From positions 165,478,001-165,542,000 of the forward strand of contig OX597816.1 of the NCBI GenBank assembly GCA_951406725.2: a DNA stretch of 64,000 nucleotides. Reading direction: 5' to 3'. Position 1 is the stretch's first letter, and each line of letters begins with the position of its first letter. The notes under the pieces are model-generated. The model was not told where the DNA came from, searched no databases, and worked only from the letters and a program-made list of their open reading frames with translations. Shown one piece after another: positions 40,390 through 52,639 of the stretch. A program made the position numbers and the translations under genes. Origin of the DNA: Octopus vulgaris. Lineage: Eukaryota.

Positions 40390-41707
40390 CTGCAAATATA
40401 AAATTAAAAAAAGCCAATTCATGGGGTGCACAATAAAGTGTAGGAATGCTACCTTCACCCACCAAAATAATAATAAAAATAATTCAATTGGTGCACATAG
40501 AACAGCAGAATTCTAAACAATAGTGTGTGTATTCATTCCTTGTTGATTCTTATAAACAGGAGCTTGTGCTCATGTCAGAATTATAATCCAGTAGGGTAAC
40601 TTTGACTGAGAAGACAAAACGAAGTTGAAACTGTGGTGTTTCAAAGTCTTCTTAAACTTGTCGACCAGCAAATTACATGTTTTATGAATAAACATCAACT
40701 AAAGAGAAATAGTGTTTCCTAGTGGTGAAAAACAACAAATGATCAGGCATCTGTGCTTGAATAAGACCAAAAAGAAGAATTTTTCTTTGCCAATATACTG
40801 AAAAATAGACACTAAATCATCAAACCACAAAATATTTTCATTTATATTATTACAAGAGAAAATATTTTATGTGGTTAGACAATTTAGCATCTATTTTTCA
40901 ACATACTGGCTAAGAAAAATTCTTCCTTTTGCCCTTATTTATAATTGTATTTGTTCACCTTAAAGGGTATTTTTCATATGCTGGCCACAGATCGAATTTT
41001 TAAATAAAATCTATCCCTATATTAGAAGTGTGTGTGTAGTGGAGGCACGATGGCCCAGTGGTTAGGGCAGCTGACTCACAGTCGTAGGATCATAGTTTTG
41101 ATTCCCAGACCAGGGATTGTGTTTATTGAGCAAAAACACCTAAAGCCCCACAAGGCTCTGGGAGAGGGGTGGGGTAAATCCTGTTGTACCCTTTCACCAC
41201 AATTTTCTCGCACACTTTTTCTGCTGTACCTGTATTTCAAAGGGCCAGACTTGTCACACTGTGTTACGCTGAAGTAACAACAGATGGAAACCTCTGCTTC
41301 ATACAAATGAGAGAGAGAGAGAGAGAAAGAGAGAGCATGTGCATGTGTCTGAGATCATCATCATCTAACATCCACTTTTCCATGCCTGTATGGATCCACA
41401 AAGAATATGTTGAAGTAGGTTTCCTGTGGCTGAATACCCTTCCTCTTGCAAACCCTCATCTTTTTTCAAACAAGGAGATATTGCCCTACAGCCAGGCAGG
41501 TTTTACACAGAAGACTGAAAATTAAAAACGTCAGTGGCATGGCGATGCCAATAAACAACAAACATGTGATGTCTAAACAAGAGTACATATACACACAAAG
41601 GGACAAAGGGCACCTTTAGGTTTGTCTTCCAAATCCACCAAAAAGACTTTACTCAGCCCGGGGCTATAGTAGAAGACACTTAAAGGAAGTCCAAATATTT
41701 ATCTATC

Positions 41708-41745
<38 letters not shown>

Positions 41746-42800
41746 GCTTGAGAGTGTTTGTGTCTCTTGGTCTTGACATCATGATTGTTGTAAATTAATG
41801 CCATTTATTCCCAATATTCTGTGAAAACACACCAAGCATTGGAGAAATATTACCTTGTTGTAAACAAGCAAGGATTAAAAATAGAAAGAGCATCCAGCCA
41901 TAGAAAATCTACTTCAATAAATTTCATGGTTAAAAGTGATCTGATTAAATCTTTCCCCCCAAATTTTGTGTTAATTTATGTTCCAAACACCAACTTAATA
42001 ATGACAAAAGTTATTTGACTAAATTCTTTATTATTTACAATTTTGACTGAAAGAAATAACATTGTATTTCAATAGAAACATGGCAATGATAAAGTAGTTA
42101 AATTACTGATAGACAACAAAATGAGTCCTTACAGAAGTTTCATCTATTGCCAGGAGAGGTGTAAAGTCAACTCAAATATTTTCTGTCAAAAGTGTATAGA
42201 TGTTATGAAGTGTAGATGAAAAGTAAAGGTCAATTCTATCAGGATTTGAACTCAAAAGGTAAATTGGAAAAAAAACAAAGAACTACTATATCTGCACTGC
42301 TGCAATCTTTAATAATTTCTTCAATGAAAAATGCTTTATACAACACAGCGCCAAATGAATAGAAGATTGAACAAGAATTTCATTTGATAACACGATACAT
42401 TTACTCACAATCTTTAACAGATTTGAACTCAATATAAACGTAAAAGAAACTTAAATAATTTCACAATATGTACACCAAGAGCTTTCAAAGTAGTGGGGTG
42501 GGGTGAGTAAAACCATTGGAGTATACAAGGTTGAATTTAATAGTCTGTACCTAGATATAAATTGGGAACAAAAATTGCAGTTTCCTGTAGGCTAGTTAGC
42601 TAATATCATACAGCTTAGCAGAAAGCCTGATATATTGTTTCCATATGTCTCATTTAAGCTATACAAATCATTTAAATAAATGGTTTGTACTGAAAACATT
42701 CACATCATTTTGAAAAACGGAAAACATTCCAAGCTTTCTGCAACTGTTAAACTTATTCCATTAGTTTATTTTATAAGTGTAAAATATAATGGGACGAGGT

Positions 42801-43029
42801 TTAACCCTTTCGATACCAACCCGGCTGAAAGCACCTCTGGCTCTGAGTACAAATGTCTTGTTTTCAAAAGTTCTGAATTAAAATCTTCTACCAAACCTTA
42901 GTCACAATTTATGCTCCTAACACTAGCTGAATGACAACTAAGTTATTTTACTAAATTCTTTGATATATTTAAAATTAATTGAAAGAAACACAGAGCATCG
43001 CAAAAGAAATACAGTAACGAAAGGGTTAA
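42801..43029. mobile_element. piggyBac-type MITE family 1, solo copy
   Basis: TTAA-CCCTTTCGATAC...GTAACGAAAGGG-TTAA, 221 bp. Confidence 0.9.
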
Positions 43030-44521
43030 GCATGAACTTTATTTATTAAGCAAATGCATCAAACTGGCAGCATTGTTATTGTGTTGGACAGATAGTTTGT
43101 AAGATTCCTTCCAGCTCTTTACAGTCTGAGATTAAATGTTGCCAAGGTCGACTCACATTTATCCCTTCAGAGTTCATAAAATAAGTACTTGTTGGGCACT
43201 GGGGTGAACATGATCATCAAGTCCTATCTCCCAAAATTTCAGGTGCTCTGCCTATAGTCGTAAGCATCATCAAACACAAAAAGCTGCAAACCATATATCT
43301 GCAACCATCTTCTCACTGTCCACCAAAGCCCATCCTTCCCATTAGAAAATAAAATGTTTTCTTTTGATATCAAGTATTAAACTTGTGTTTGCATTTACAA
43401 CTTACTGATTGTTTTTTCCTGAGAATTCTATTAATTAATGCATTTTTTTTTTTTGTTTTTAAATTCAATATTGAATGTGGAAACTAAACGGTGCTACAAG
43501 AGGTGAATCAAGTAAAAAAACTGAAATGCTTTGGTGTACAGAGACGAAATTTCACAATGGTATAATAAAATAAATGTGCAAGGAATTTAGCCACAGTATA
43601 AGTTAAGGCTTAACCACAAATATAGGTTATAAGTCTAGCTAATACATAAACCAAATACAAAAAAACGAGCCCAGAATACGATCAAACTGGAAACAAAACT
43701 ATGAGAATGAAGGGGGATAACTATGGCCGATGTTTTCTTTTAGTTTCCCTTTATAAGTCAAGAATTGTAAACACGTCCCCAAAATTTTATTTTAACGTGT
43801 TTCTACAAGAATAGGTGACCACTTTAAAACAAGAGGCGCTAAGTCAAAGAAATAGATGCAGGTCCAACAATAAATGATGTCATTTTTATAGCTTCTACGA
43901 AACATGTGGGAAACACAAAGATGGTAAGAGGAATAACTCTTGCAAAATTTATGCATACAGGGAAAGAACTCATCCAAAACTTTGAACTTATTCAAGCTTT
44001 GAGTAGCATGCTCGCAGAATCCTTGCCGAGTCAGGGAGAAATGCCATGCAATATTTCGTTTAGCTCTTCGCATTCTCAATTCAAATCTCGCTGAAGTCAA
44101 CGTTGCAATTCGTCCCCCACCCAAATTGTTAGTCATGTGCCTAAATTACCGACAGAATCATTTTAAACCAATATAAGATTTTGAGCAAGATTTTACGGCT
44201 AACATTGAAACAATAAAAACGCTATGGAAAGATGTATTTTCCTAAACTGATCACACAGACGTGGACATAGCTGTGTCATAAATGTGTGGTTAAGAAGAAG
44301 TTCGCTGTGAAATCGTGCTCAGTTCCACACTGTGATACCAAGAGCCAATTGTCGTACGTGTTCAGTTAACATAAGGAAACTTTTGGAATTTTGTGAGAGT
44401 ATGTGTCTGTATGTATGTATATATTTAGGCATAGGCACGCTCGCGCGTGCACACAGACGCCGTTTTAAGAAGGCCAAATGAGAGCCGAGTGAGCAATAGG
44501 CGTCGGTAATGGCTCTATACA

Positions 44522-44744
44522 GGCGGCGAGCTGGCAGAAACGTTAGCACGCTGGGCGAAATGCGTAGCCGTATTTCGTCTGCCGAGTTCAAATTCCGACG
44601 AGGTCAACTTTGCCTTTCATCCTTTCGGGGTCGATTAAATAAGTACCTATTACGCACTGGGGTCGATATAATCGACTTAAACCGTTTGTCTGTCCTTGAT
44701 TGTCCTCTCTGTGTTTAGCCCCTTGTGGGTAATAAAGAAATAGG
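44522..44744 (+). mobile_element. SINE family A inserted into the head of a SINE family B copy, 14-bp TSD
   Basis: The TSD GGTAATGGCTCTAT is at 44505-44518 and 44743-44756. The host family B copy continues to about 45125. Confidence 0.88.
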
Positions 44745-45526
44745 TAATGGCTCTATGGGAAGAAGTTTGCTTCTCAACCACATGGTTCCGGTTTGGTCAC
44801 ACTGCGTGGCACTTTAGGCTAGTGTCTTCTACAATAGGCTCTGGCCAACTAAAACCTAGTGAGTGGGTTTGGTGGGCAGAAACTGAAAGAGGCCCACCGT
44901 GTATGTGTGTGGAGGGGTCCATGTTTATCCCCGCACCCACCGCTTGACAATCGATGTTAGTGTATTTATGCCCTTGTTACTTAGTTGTTCAGTAATGACC
45001 TCTTACTGAATAAGTACCAGGCTAAAATCCTGAGTACTGGCGTCGATTGGTTCGACTAAAGTCCTTCAAGGCGTTGCCCCAGCATGGCCGCAGTCTAATG
45101 ACAGAATCAAGTAAAATAATAAAAGAAAAAAGTTGTAGAATATATAGTTTTAATTGACTACCTTTGTTTCACTAAAAGCTACATAAATATCTTCGTTTAT
45201 TTGAGTCTTTGGAACGTGGTAATAATGGAGCATTATTTTAGATTTTAATCAAACAAATCGAGAGTAGTCTGGTACTATTTTATCAGATCTTTTTTGCCAA
45301 ACCACTGTTACGGGGACGTAAACAAACCAACACTTGTTCTCAAGCAACAGGTGACAGATACACACACACATACATGACGAGCTTCCAAAATTCACTCAAG
45401 ACACTGGAAGGCCCGGGGCTATAAAGACGCTTAGCCATGCTTTATACCGTTAAATAATGCAGTTACAAAACGAGCTCCTTAACCATACAAAAAGGCCTGT
45501 ATATATATATATATATATATATATAG

Positions 45527-45842
45527 GAGCACTCCATCGGTTGCGACGGCGAGGGTCCCGGCTGATACGATGAACAGAACAGCTTACACGTGAAATTAAC
45601 GTGCAGGCTGAGCACCCCACAAACACGTGTACCCTTAATGTAGTTCTCAGGGAGATTCAGCGTGACGTAGAGTGTGACAACGCTGGCCCTTTGAAATACA
45701 TGTGCTACTCATTTTTGTCAGCTGAGTGGACTGAGTAGGCGTGAAATAAAGTGTCTTGCTCAAGCACACAACGCGTCGCCGGGAATTGAACTCACGACCT
45801 TACAATCGTGAGCCGAATGCCCTAACCACTAAACCACGTTCT
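45527..45842 (-). mobile_element. SINE family F (tRNA-like head with A/B boxes); related copies 19330-19700(-), 41041-41272(+)
   Basis: Minus-strand head tggtttagtggttagggcattcggctcacgattgtaaggtcgtgagttcaattcccgg, followed by ttgagcaagacact. The shared body gtatttcaaagggccagc..gtcacact..gtcacgctgaatctccc is found in the other copies. Confidence 0.8.
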
Positions 45843-47250
45843 TTCACATGTTTGTGTGTGTGTGTGTGTGTGTGTAGATGGTTGAAAAGTAACACACGAG
45901 TTGATATGTATAACGAAAATAGGCCAATGCAGAAAATGCTAAAATAATTTTATTATGAAGAACCGGTACTAAAATGTTCATCACAAAATTATTTTAGCAT
46001 TTTCTACCTTGTCCTCATTTCTTATATTATATATATATTTGCTTATTTTCCTTTATTTCTTTTTAACTATTCCTAGGTCAACCACGGATACAAAGTAAAC
46101 GGTTTACGATAACGACACTAAAAGGAGATGACTCCATTAAATAGTAACATGGGAAATGGAAGTTATCTCCCTTACTCCATAAATTCAGAGGTAAGCTTTT
46201 ATTTTGTCTTGTTCTTTCTTTACTTCGCTGCTTGCTTGAAATTGTTTCCATTGGTTACCAGAAGACCTCAATAATTCTGAAGAACGGTATGACAGCGAGA
46301 AATTACACGCTTAAAGCAGAATCCACAGCAACGTCAGATAGGAATTTACCGTCCAATCTATGCCAGCGTTGAAAACGGACGTTAAACGATGATAATGATA
46401 CAAATCCATATATATTTATATGCACAAACACACATATTTGGAAGTACAGATTAGAGAAAATCTAAACTACGTCTAGCAGAGTTTATTTTAGTCTGCAAGA
46501 ATAATGTAGTACAGGAAACAATTTAATATCATGAACAGCTTCCATGTTGTAGACAATATGATACTGTATTCAATTTGGCAATTAAGGTGTCCAAAAAGGC
46601 AAGTTATTGTGAGAAATGTAGAGAAAAACAAAATATGATGGGGTTGGAGAAATACGTACATGTTTGTGGTGGGGGTGCATTAGTCCCTCTCCAAAAACTG
46701 TTGCTATGGGCGATGACTTACAGTCATTTCGCCCTGTCTTTGAGTCGTCTGCTGATGACTCATAGGCAAATGAAATGAAATAATAAAAATAGTATTTACT
46801 TGAAATACTGGTAAGAGTTAGTGACAAAAAGGGCAGTAAAATAATGCCTCAATATTTCAGTGCCGCCCGACTGGCACCCATGCCAGTAGCACATAAAATG
46901 CACCATTTGAGTGTGGCCAGTGCCAGTGCCGCCTGACTGGCATGTGAAAAACAATTCATGCATGGCTGATGCCAGTGCCACCTGGCTGGCTCCCATACCA
47001 GTGGCATGTACAAACACCTATTATACTCTCAGGGTGGTTGGCGTTAGGAAGAGCATCCAGCCATAGAAACCTTGCCAAATAAGATTGGGGCCTGGTGCAG
47101 CCTCCTAGTTTGCCACTTCTCAGTCAAGCTGTCCAACCCATGCCAGCATGGAAAGTGAACATTAAACGATGGTAATAATGAGCAGATGACGCCTCTCCAT
47201 CACTAAAGTAACAAACCTCTAACCCGTGGATATGTTTGGGTAGGAGTTAC

Positions 47251-47306
47251 CTGTGACATTTTTACAAGGTTGGAGTGTAAATTCTACCTCAACCCCTTTT
47301 TGTCAC
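47251..47306 (-). CDS. Candidate upstream exon carrying 5'UTR plus start codon (M-S-Q) for the IRBIT-like gene
   Basis: Minus strand: tttcctctgtttctattaacAG|gtgacaaaaag...gtaaaaATGTCACAG|GTAACT. It has a polypyrimidine acceptor, a strong donor and an A-rich ATG context. The phase-0 end would splice in frame to EIKY. No homology support. Confidence 0.35.
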
Positions 47307-47922
47307 CTGTTAATAGAAACAGAGGAAACGTTGGGCCAATACTTTGACATGTCAATCCCCAATTGCTAACAAATGGTGGATACAGCATAGCACTGCTACA
47401 GAGCATGCCCCACCATACTACTACTACTACTACTACTATTATATTCAGCAAAAATTCAGTGGTGTGAAAAAAAATATGACTTAGAAACAAATGAGATTTT
47501 ATATCAAAATAAGGACACATAAATGTGCAATATGCAACCAAAATCAGGTTCAATTCTGGACTTAACAATCCACTTCAGTATTCAATATAGTATGATGCAG
47601 GGCAATAAACTCAGGATACAATAGAGTGTGGAATACTAACCAATTTATAGGGAAAAGTAGGGGGGAAACCAGTTGTATTGACAGCTTTACAGAATGCACA
47701 CGTTTTAATTATTTTGGCATCTTGCTGAGTTTATATATTAAAATAAGGGAGGCACATTAATGTATAATACATAACCAAAATCAGGGTCAACACTGGATTA
47801 GCAATCCACTTTAGTATCCAATATAGTATGACGCAGGGCACCAAAGTGAGAAACGGATAGAGTGTTGAATACAAGCCAAATTATAGGGGAAAGGAAAAAA
47901 ACCCAATTGTGTTTGTTTTTTA

Positions 47923-48482
47923 TTACCCAAAAGGGGCTAAACATAGAGGGGACAAACAAGGACAGGCAAACGGATTAAGTCGATTATATCGACCCCAGTG
48001 CGTAACTGCCACTTTATTTATTGACCTCGAAAAGATGAAAGGCAAAGTCGACCTCGGCAGAATCTGATCTCAGGACGTAATGGCAGATGAAATACCTATT
48101 TCTTTACTACCCACAAGAGGCTAAACACAGAGAGGACAAACGGATTAAGTCGATTATATCGAACCCAGTGAGTAACTGGTTCTTAATTTATCGACCCCGA
48201 AAGGATGAAAGGCAAAGTCGACTTCGGCAGAATCTGAACTCAGGACGTAACGGCAGATGAAATACCTATTTCTTTACTACCCACAAGGGGCTAAACATAG
48301 AGGAGACAAACAAGGACAGACAAACGGATTAAGTCGATTATATTGACCCCAGTGAGTAACTGGTTCTTAATTTATCAACCCCGAAAGGATGAAAGGCAAA
48401 GTCGACCCTGGCGGAATTTCAACTCAGGACGTAACGGCAGACAAAATACCGCTAAGCATTTCGCCCGGCACGCTAACGTTTC
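47923..48482 (-). mobile_element. SINE family A, tandem trimer
   Basis: Three colinear units with junctions gaaatacc|tatttctttactacccac at about 48095 and 48265, and a single head at the right end. Confidence 0.85.
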
Positions 48483-48705
48483 CCAATTGTATCCACAACT
48501 TTATAGAACGCGTGTTGTAGCTATTGCGGCGTCTCGCTGAAACACAAGTATGTCCAATAAAGCTTTGAATACCACACTTTCTGCTTTTTATTTCACGTAT
48601 CATTGTATCAACCAGCCAAAGTGGATGTTGTACATTAACCACTGGTCACAATGTGCTTCCAATTCTTTCTTGATTGCTCTTCTCTTCCATCTTGGTCCAA
48701 ATCGT

Positions 48706-48933
48706 TTAACTCTTTAGTGTTTAAACCGGCCTTATCTGGCCAAAATATTCTACCTATTTTATGTTCAAACTAGTCAGATATAGTCATTCATAGCTACCTT
48801 AATGTGTCAATTTAAAAATAAACAATCACATCATTGAAATCTCAAAGCCAGGAAATGATGCAAGATTAATTTTACATGGTGTGAATATATAAGCTTTACA
48901 TTTGACAGAAGAATCTGAATACTTAAGGGTTAA
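48706..48933. mobile_element. piggyBac-type MITE family 2 (other copies about 1498-1709, 16300-16523, and split copy 6527-6666 + 7237-7330)
   Basis: TTAA-C(T)CTTTAG...TAAGGG-TTAA ends. The internal sequence (cagattactctgtcaaatgtaatgcttatttattcacattg...) is shared among copies and differs from family 1. Confidence 0.75.
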
Positions 48934-49099
48934 ATCATCTTCCCATTAATGTGGAGACCTTCTAAGTGGCTTTATCCAATCCCTTCACAACCACTCAGCA
49001 ACTGTAAGTGTCCAGTTAGTGTCTGTGAATCTTGCAACATGTCTGGCCCTACAGAACTTCTGGATTCAGTATTCTACAACCAGATATTAATCATCATTC

Positions 49100-49492
49100 A
49101 TAGACGCAGGAGTGGCTGTGTGAGGAAGTAGCTTGCTTACGAACCACATGGTTCTGGGTTCAGTCCCACTACATGGCACCTGGGGCAAGTATCTTCAACT
49201 ATAGCCTCGGGCCAACCAAAGCCATGTGAGTGGATTTGGTTGACAGAAACTGAAAGAAGCCCGTTGTATATATGTATGTGTGTGTATATGTTTGTGTGTC
49301 TGTGTTTGTCTCCCCAACATTGCTTGACAACTGATGCTGGTGTGTTTATGTCCCCGTAACTTAGTGGCTCAGCAAAAGAGACTGATAGAATAAGTACTAG
49401 GCTTACAAAGAATAAGTTCTGGGGTCAATTTGCGCAACTAAAAGTGGTGCTCCAGCATGGCCGTAGTCAAATGACAGGAACAAGTAAAAGAG
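49100..49492 (+). mobile_element. SINE family B, full-length copy
   Basis: Colinear with the 30231-30654 copy from head to the caagtaaaagag tail. Confidence 0.85.
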
Positions 49493-49832
49493 TCCATTTT
49501 CCTGTGCTTGCATGAGTTGGACAGAAGTTGTTGAGACAGATTTTCTACAGCCAGATGCCATTCCTGTTGCCAACCCACACCTGTTTCCAGCTAATGTAAG
49601 ATTTCCCAATTGCCAAACATATTTTTCACAGAAGATTGGAAACAGGCAACATCACTTGTAAGACAGTGATACCTATTTACAACCAACATGATATTAAGAC
49701 AAGGGTACAAATACATACAGTAAGGTACAATTATGAAAAAAAGAAAATATATACAATACTCCTATACTTTTATAAAAAAAATTGTATTAATTAGCCTCAT
49801 TTTTGATATTTTCAGTGTCATTAATTATAACT

Positions 49833-50048
49833 ATTCTTTTATTCTTTTACTTGTTTCAGTCATTTGACTACGGCCATGCTGGAGCACCACCTTTAGTCGA
49901 ATCAAATTGACCCCAGGACTTATTCTTTGTAAGCCTTGTACTTATTCTATCGGTCTCTTTTGCCAAACCGCTAAGTTATGGAGACCTAAACATACCAGCA
50001 TCGGTTGTCAAGCGATGATGGGGGGACAAACACAGATACACAACATAT

Positions 50049-50081
<33 letters not shown>

Positions 50082-50250
50082 CATATATATGACGGGCTTC
50101 TTTCAGTTTCCGTCTACCAAATACACTCACAAGGCTTTGGTCGGCCCGAGGCAATAGTAGAAGACACTTGCCCAAGGTTCCACGCAGTGGGACTGAACCC
50201 GGAACCATGTGGTTGGTAAGCAAGATACTTACCACACAGCCACTCCTGCA
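49833..50250 (-). mobile_element. SINE family B, full-length copy (inverted relative to 49100-49492)
   Basis: Reverse complement of the family B consensus across its full length. Confidence 0.85.
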
Positions 50251-51707
50251 GAACCATAAATAATACTTTTATCACAACTTTTAATTTTTTTTATAAAAAT
50301 GAGTATTATACACGTTTCTTTTTTTTTTCATAACTATACAACTACTCTTACACCCTTCACCCTGTATATACATATGTGATGTTTCTTCCAGTTCCTATCA
50401 ACCGAATCCACTCACATAGTTTTAGTGGGCCAAAGGCTATCGTAAAAGACACTTGCCCAAGGTGCCATGCAGTAGGACTGAACCCAGAACTATGCAATTG
50501 GAAAACACATTTCTTAACCACTCAACCACTACTGCATCTCAGCTAAACATGGACCAGTAAATAAGAACACAGTTGATGCGAAGGACGATTTCGTCATTGA
50601 CTAAACAAGCTCATTCTTGTTTATGTGGTGCTTGTTGCTTTCCCTATTGCCCTCTGCTTTTCCAGTTCTACTAGTGAATATTTCATCTCTCCCAACCCCG
50701 CCCCTGCCAATAAAAAGCTCTCTCTGAAGCCGGAATGCATCTCTTTTAACCCCATGGAAGGCACATCATTATTTAGTGGTTAGAGTATTCACATCAGACT
50801 GACTGACAAATTCATCACCAGTTTATTGAGGTTCTGCTGGTTCACTTTCACCCTTTCAAGACTGACTGACCCTGTTTCTATGATGAAATCTCTGCCTTGA
50901 AATTTGCATATTAATATCATTATAGGTGCAAACATGACTGTGCGGTAAGAAGTTTGCTTCCCAACCACATGGCTCTGGGTTCAGTCCTGTCGTGTGGCAC
51001 TTTGGGCAAGTGTCTTCTACAACAGGCTCAGACCAAACAAAACCTTGTGAGTGAATACAATAGACAGAAACTAAAAGAAGCCTGCTGTGTGTGTGTGTGT
51101 GTGTACATGTCTATCTGTCCCCCACCACCATCTGACAACTGGTGTTGCTGCATTTATGTCCCCATAGTTTACCGGTTTTGTGGAAGAGTCTGATACAATA
51201 AGCCCAGGCTCAAGTGCTGAGTTCGATTCATTTGACAAAAAGTTCTTCATGGCAGTGCACCAGCATGGCCACAGTCTGATCATGAAACAAGTAAAAGATA
51301 AAAAGATAGAGATTATCATTAAATGTCTATGTTCCATGCTGATATGGGTTGGGTGGTTTGGCAGGATCCAATAGGTCTGGTGATTGCATTCTGCTCCTAT
51401 GTTTGCTTTAGCACAGGATTAGGAAGGGCATGCAGGCTGCACTTCCCAACACCAATGTATTTATGTTCTAAAAACCTGCTTTATAATGACAAAATTATTA
51501 TCCTAAAGTCTTTGCCATTTTCAAGATTAACTGAAACAGAAGCTGTGTATCTTTAAGAGAACTACTGCACCAAAACATTTAAAGTTATTACGGGCCACAT
51601 GCAAAGAAACAGCAACAGGAAATACAAGAGCCCAGTAAAATAACATTGAAATAATTAGCTTCAAGAGAACTCCTGGGTGAAATTGATAACATTATCCAGC
51701 CTAAAAA

Positions 51708-52124
51708 GGCGGCTAGCTGGCAGAACTGTTAGCACGCCGGGCGAAATGCGTAGCCGTATTTCGTCTGCCGTTACGTTCTGAGTTCAATTTCCGCCGAGGT
51801 CGACTTTGCCTTTCATCCTTTCAGGGTCAATAAATTAAGTACCAGTTACGCACTGGGGTCGATGTAATCGACTTAATCCGTTTGTCTGTCCTTGTCTGTC
51901 CCCTTTAAGTTTAGCCCCTTGTGGGTAGTAAAGAAATAGGCATTTCGTCTGCCGTTACGTTCTGAGTTCAAATTCCGCCGAGGTCGTCTTTGCCTTTCAT
52001 CCTTTCGGGGTCGATAAATTAAGTACCAGTTACGCACTGGGGTCGATGTAATCAACTTAATTCGTTTGTCTGTCCTTGTTTGTCCCCTCTGTGTTGATCC
52101 CCCTGTGGATAGTAAAGAAATAGA
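51708..52124 (+). mobile_element. SINE family A, tandem dimer, with 18-bp TSD
   Basis: Head ggcggc..gctggcagaa..gttagcacgccgggcgaaatgc, B-box-like gagttcaaattcc, and tail gtaaagaaatag. The TSD GATAACATTATCCAGCCT is at 51685-51702 and 52123-52140. Confidence 0.88.
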
Positions 52125-52639
52125 TAACATTATCCAGCCTCAGCAATGAATAACAATTGTTTGGCTGTTTTCATTACAATTTGGAAGAATGAGAACAACG
52201 AAAGATAAGCTCAAGAAATCATCAGTGGACTGATTCGAGATGCTGATAGTGTATTCACCACACGTTTTCGTTTTCCCTTAATACACATCAACAGGCTTTC
52301 AGTAATGACAGACGTTAAGACTTGATACAATCAGCATATAAGATTAATTATTTAAAAACTTCACTATGGCCTCACTAAAGACTCTTTACTTTACATGAAC
52401 ATGAAACATCATTATCATCATCATCATCATCAGCAGCATCATCAATAATCTATACAGCCAATGCGGCTTTTATTATGGCTCTATTGTTTTCTCCTTCTGA
52501 ATGTAGGAATACAAAAGAGAAAACAGGAAAACTTGTTGTGAAAGCAGAAAAGAGTCGATGGAAGAAACAGCTGATATTAGTCACAACATCAAGTTGTATT
52601 TTAGTCTATACAAAATGCATAAACAAGGATCAATAAGCT

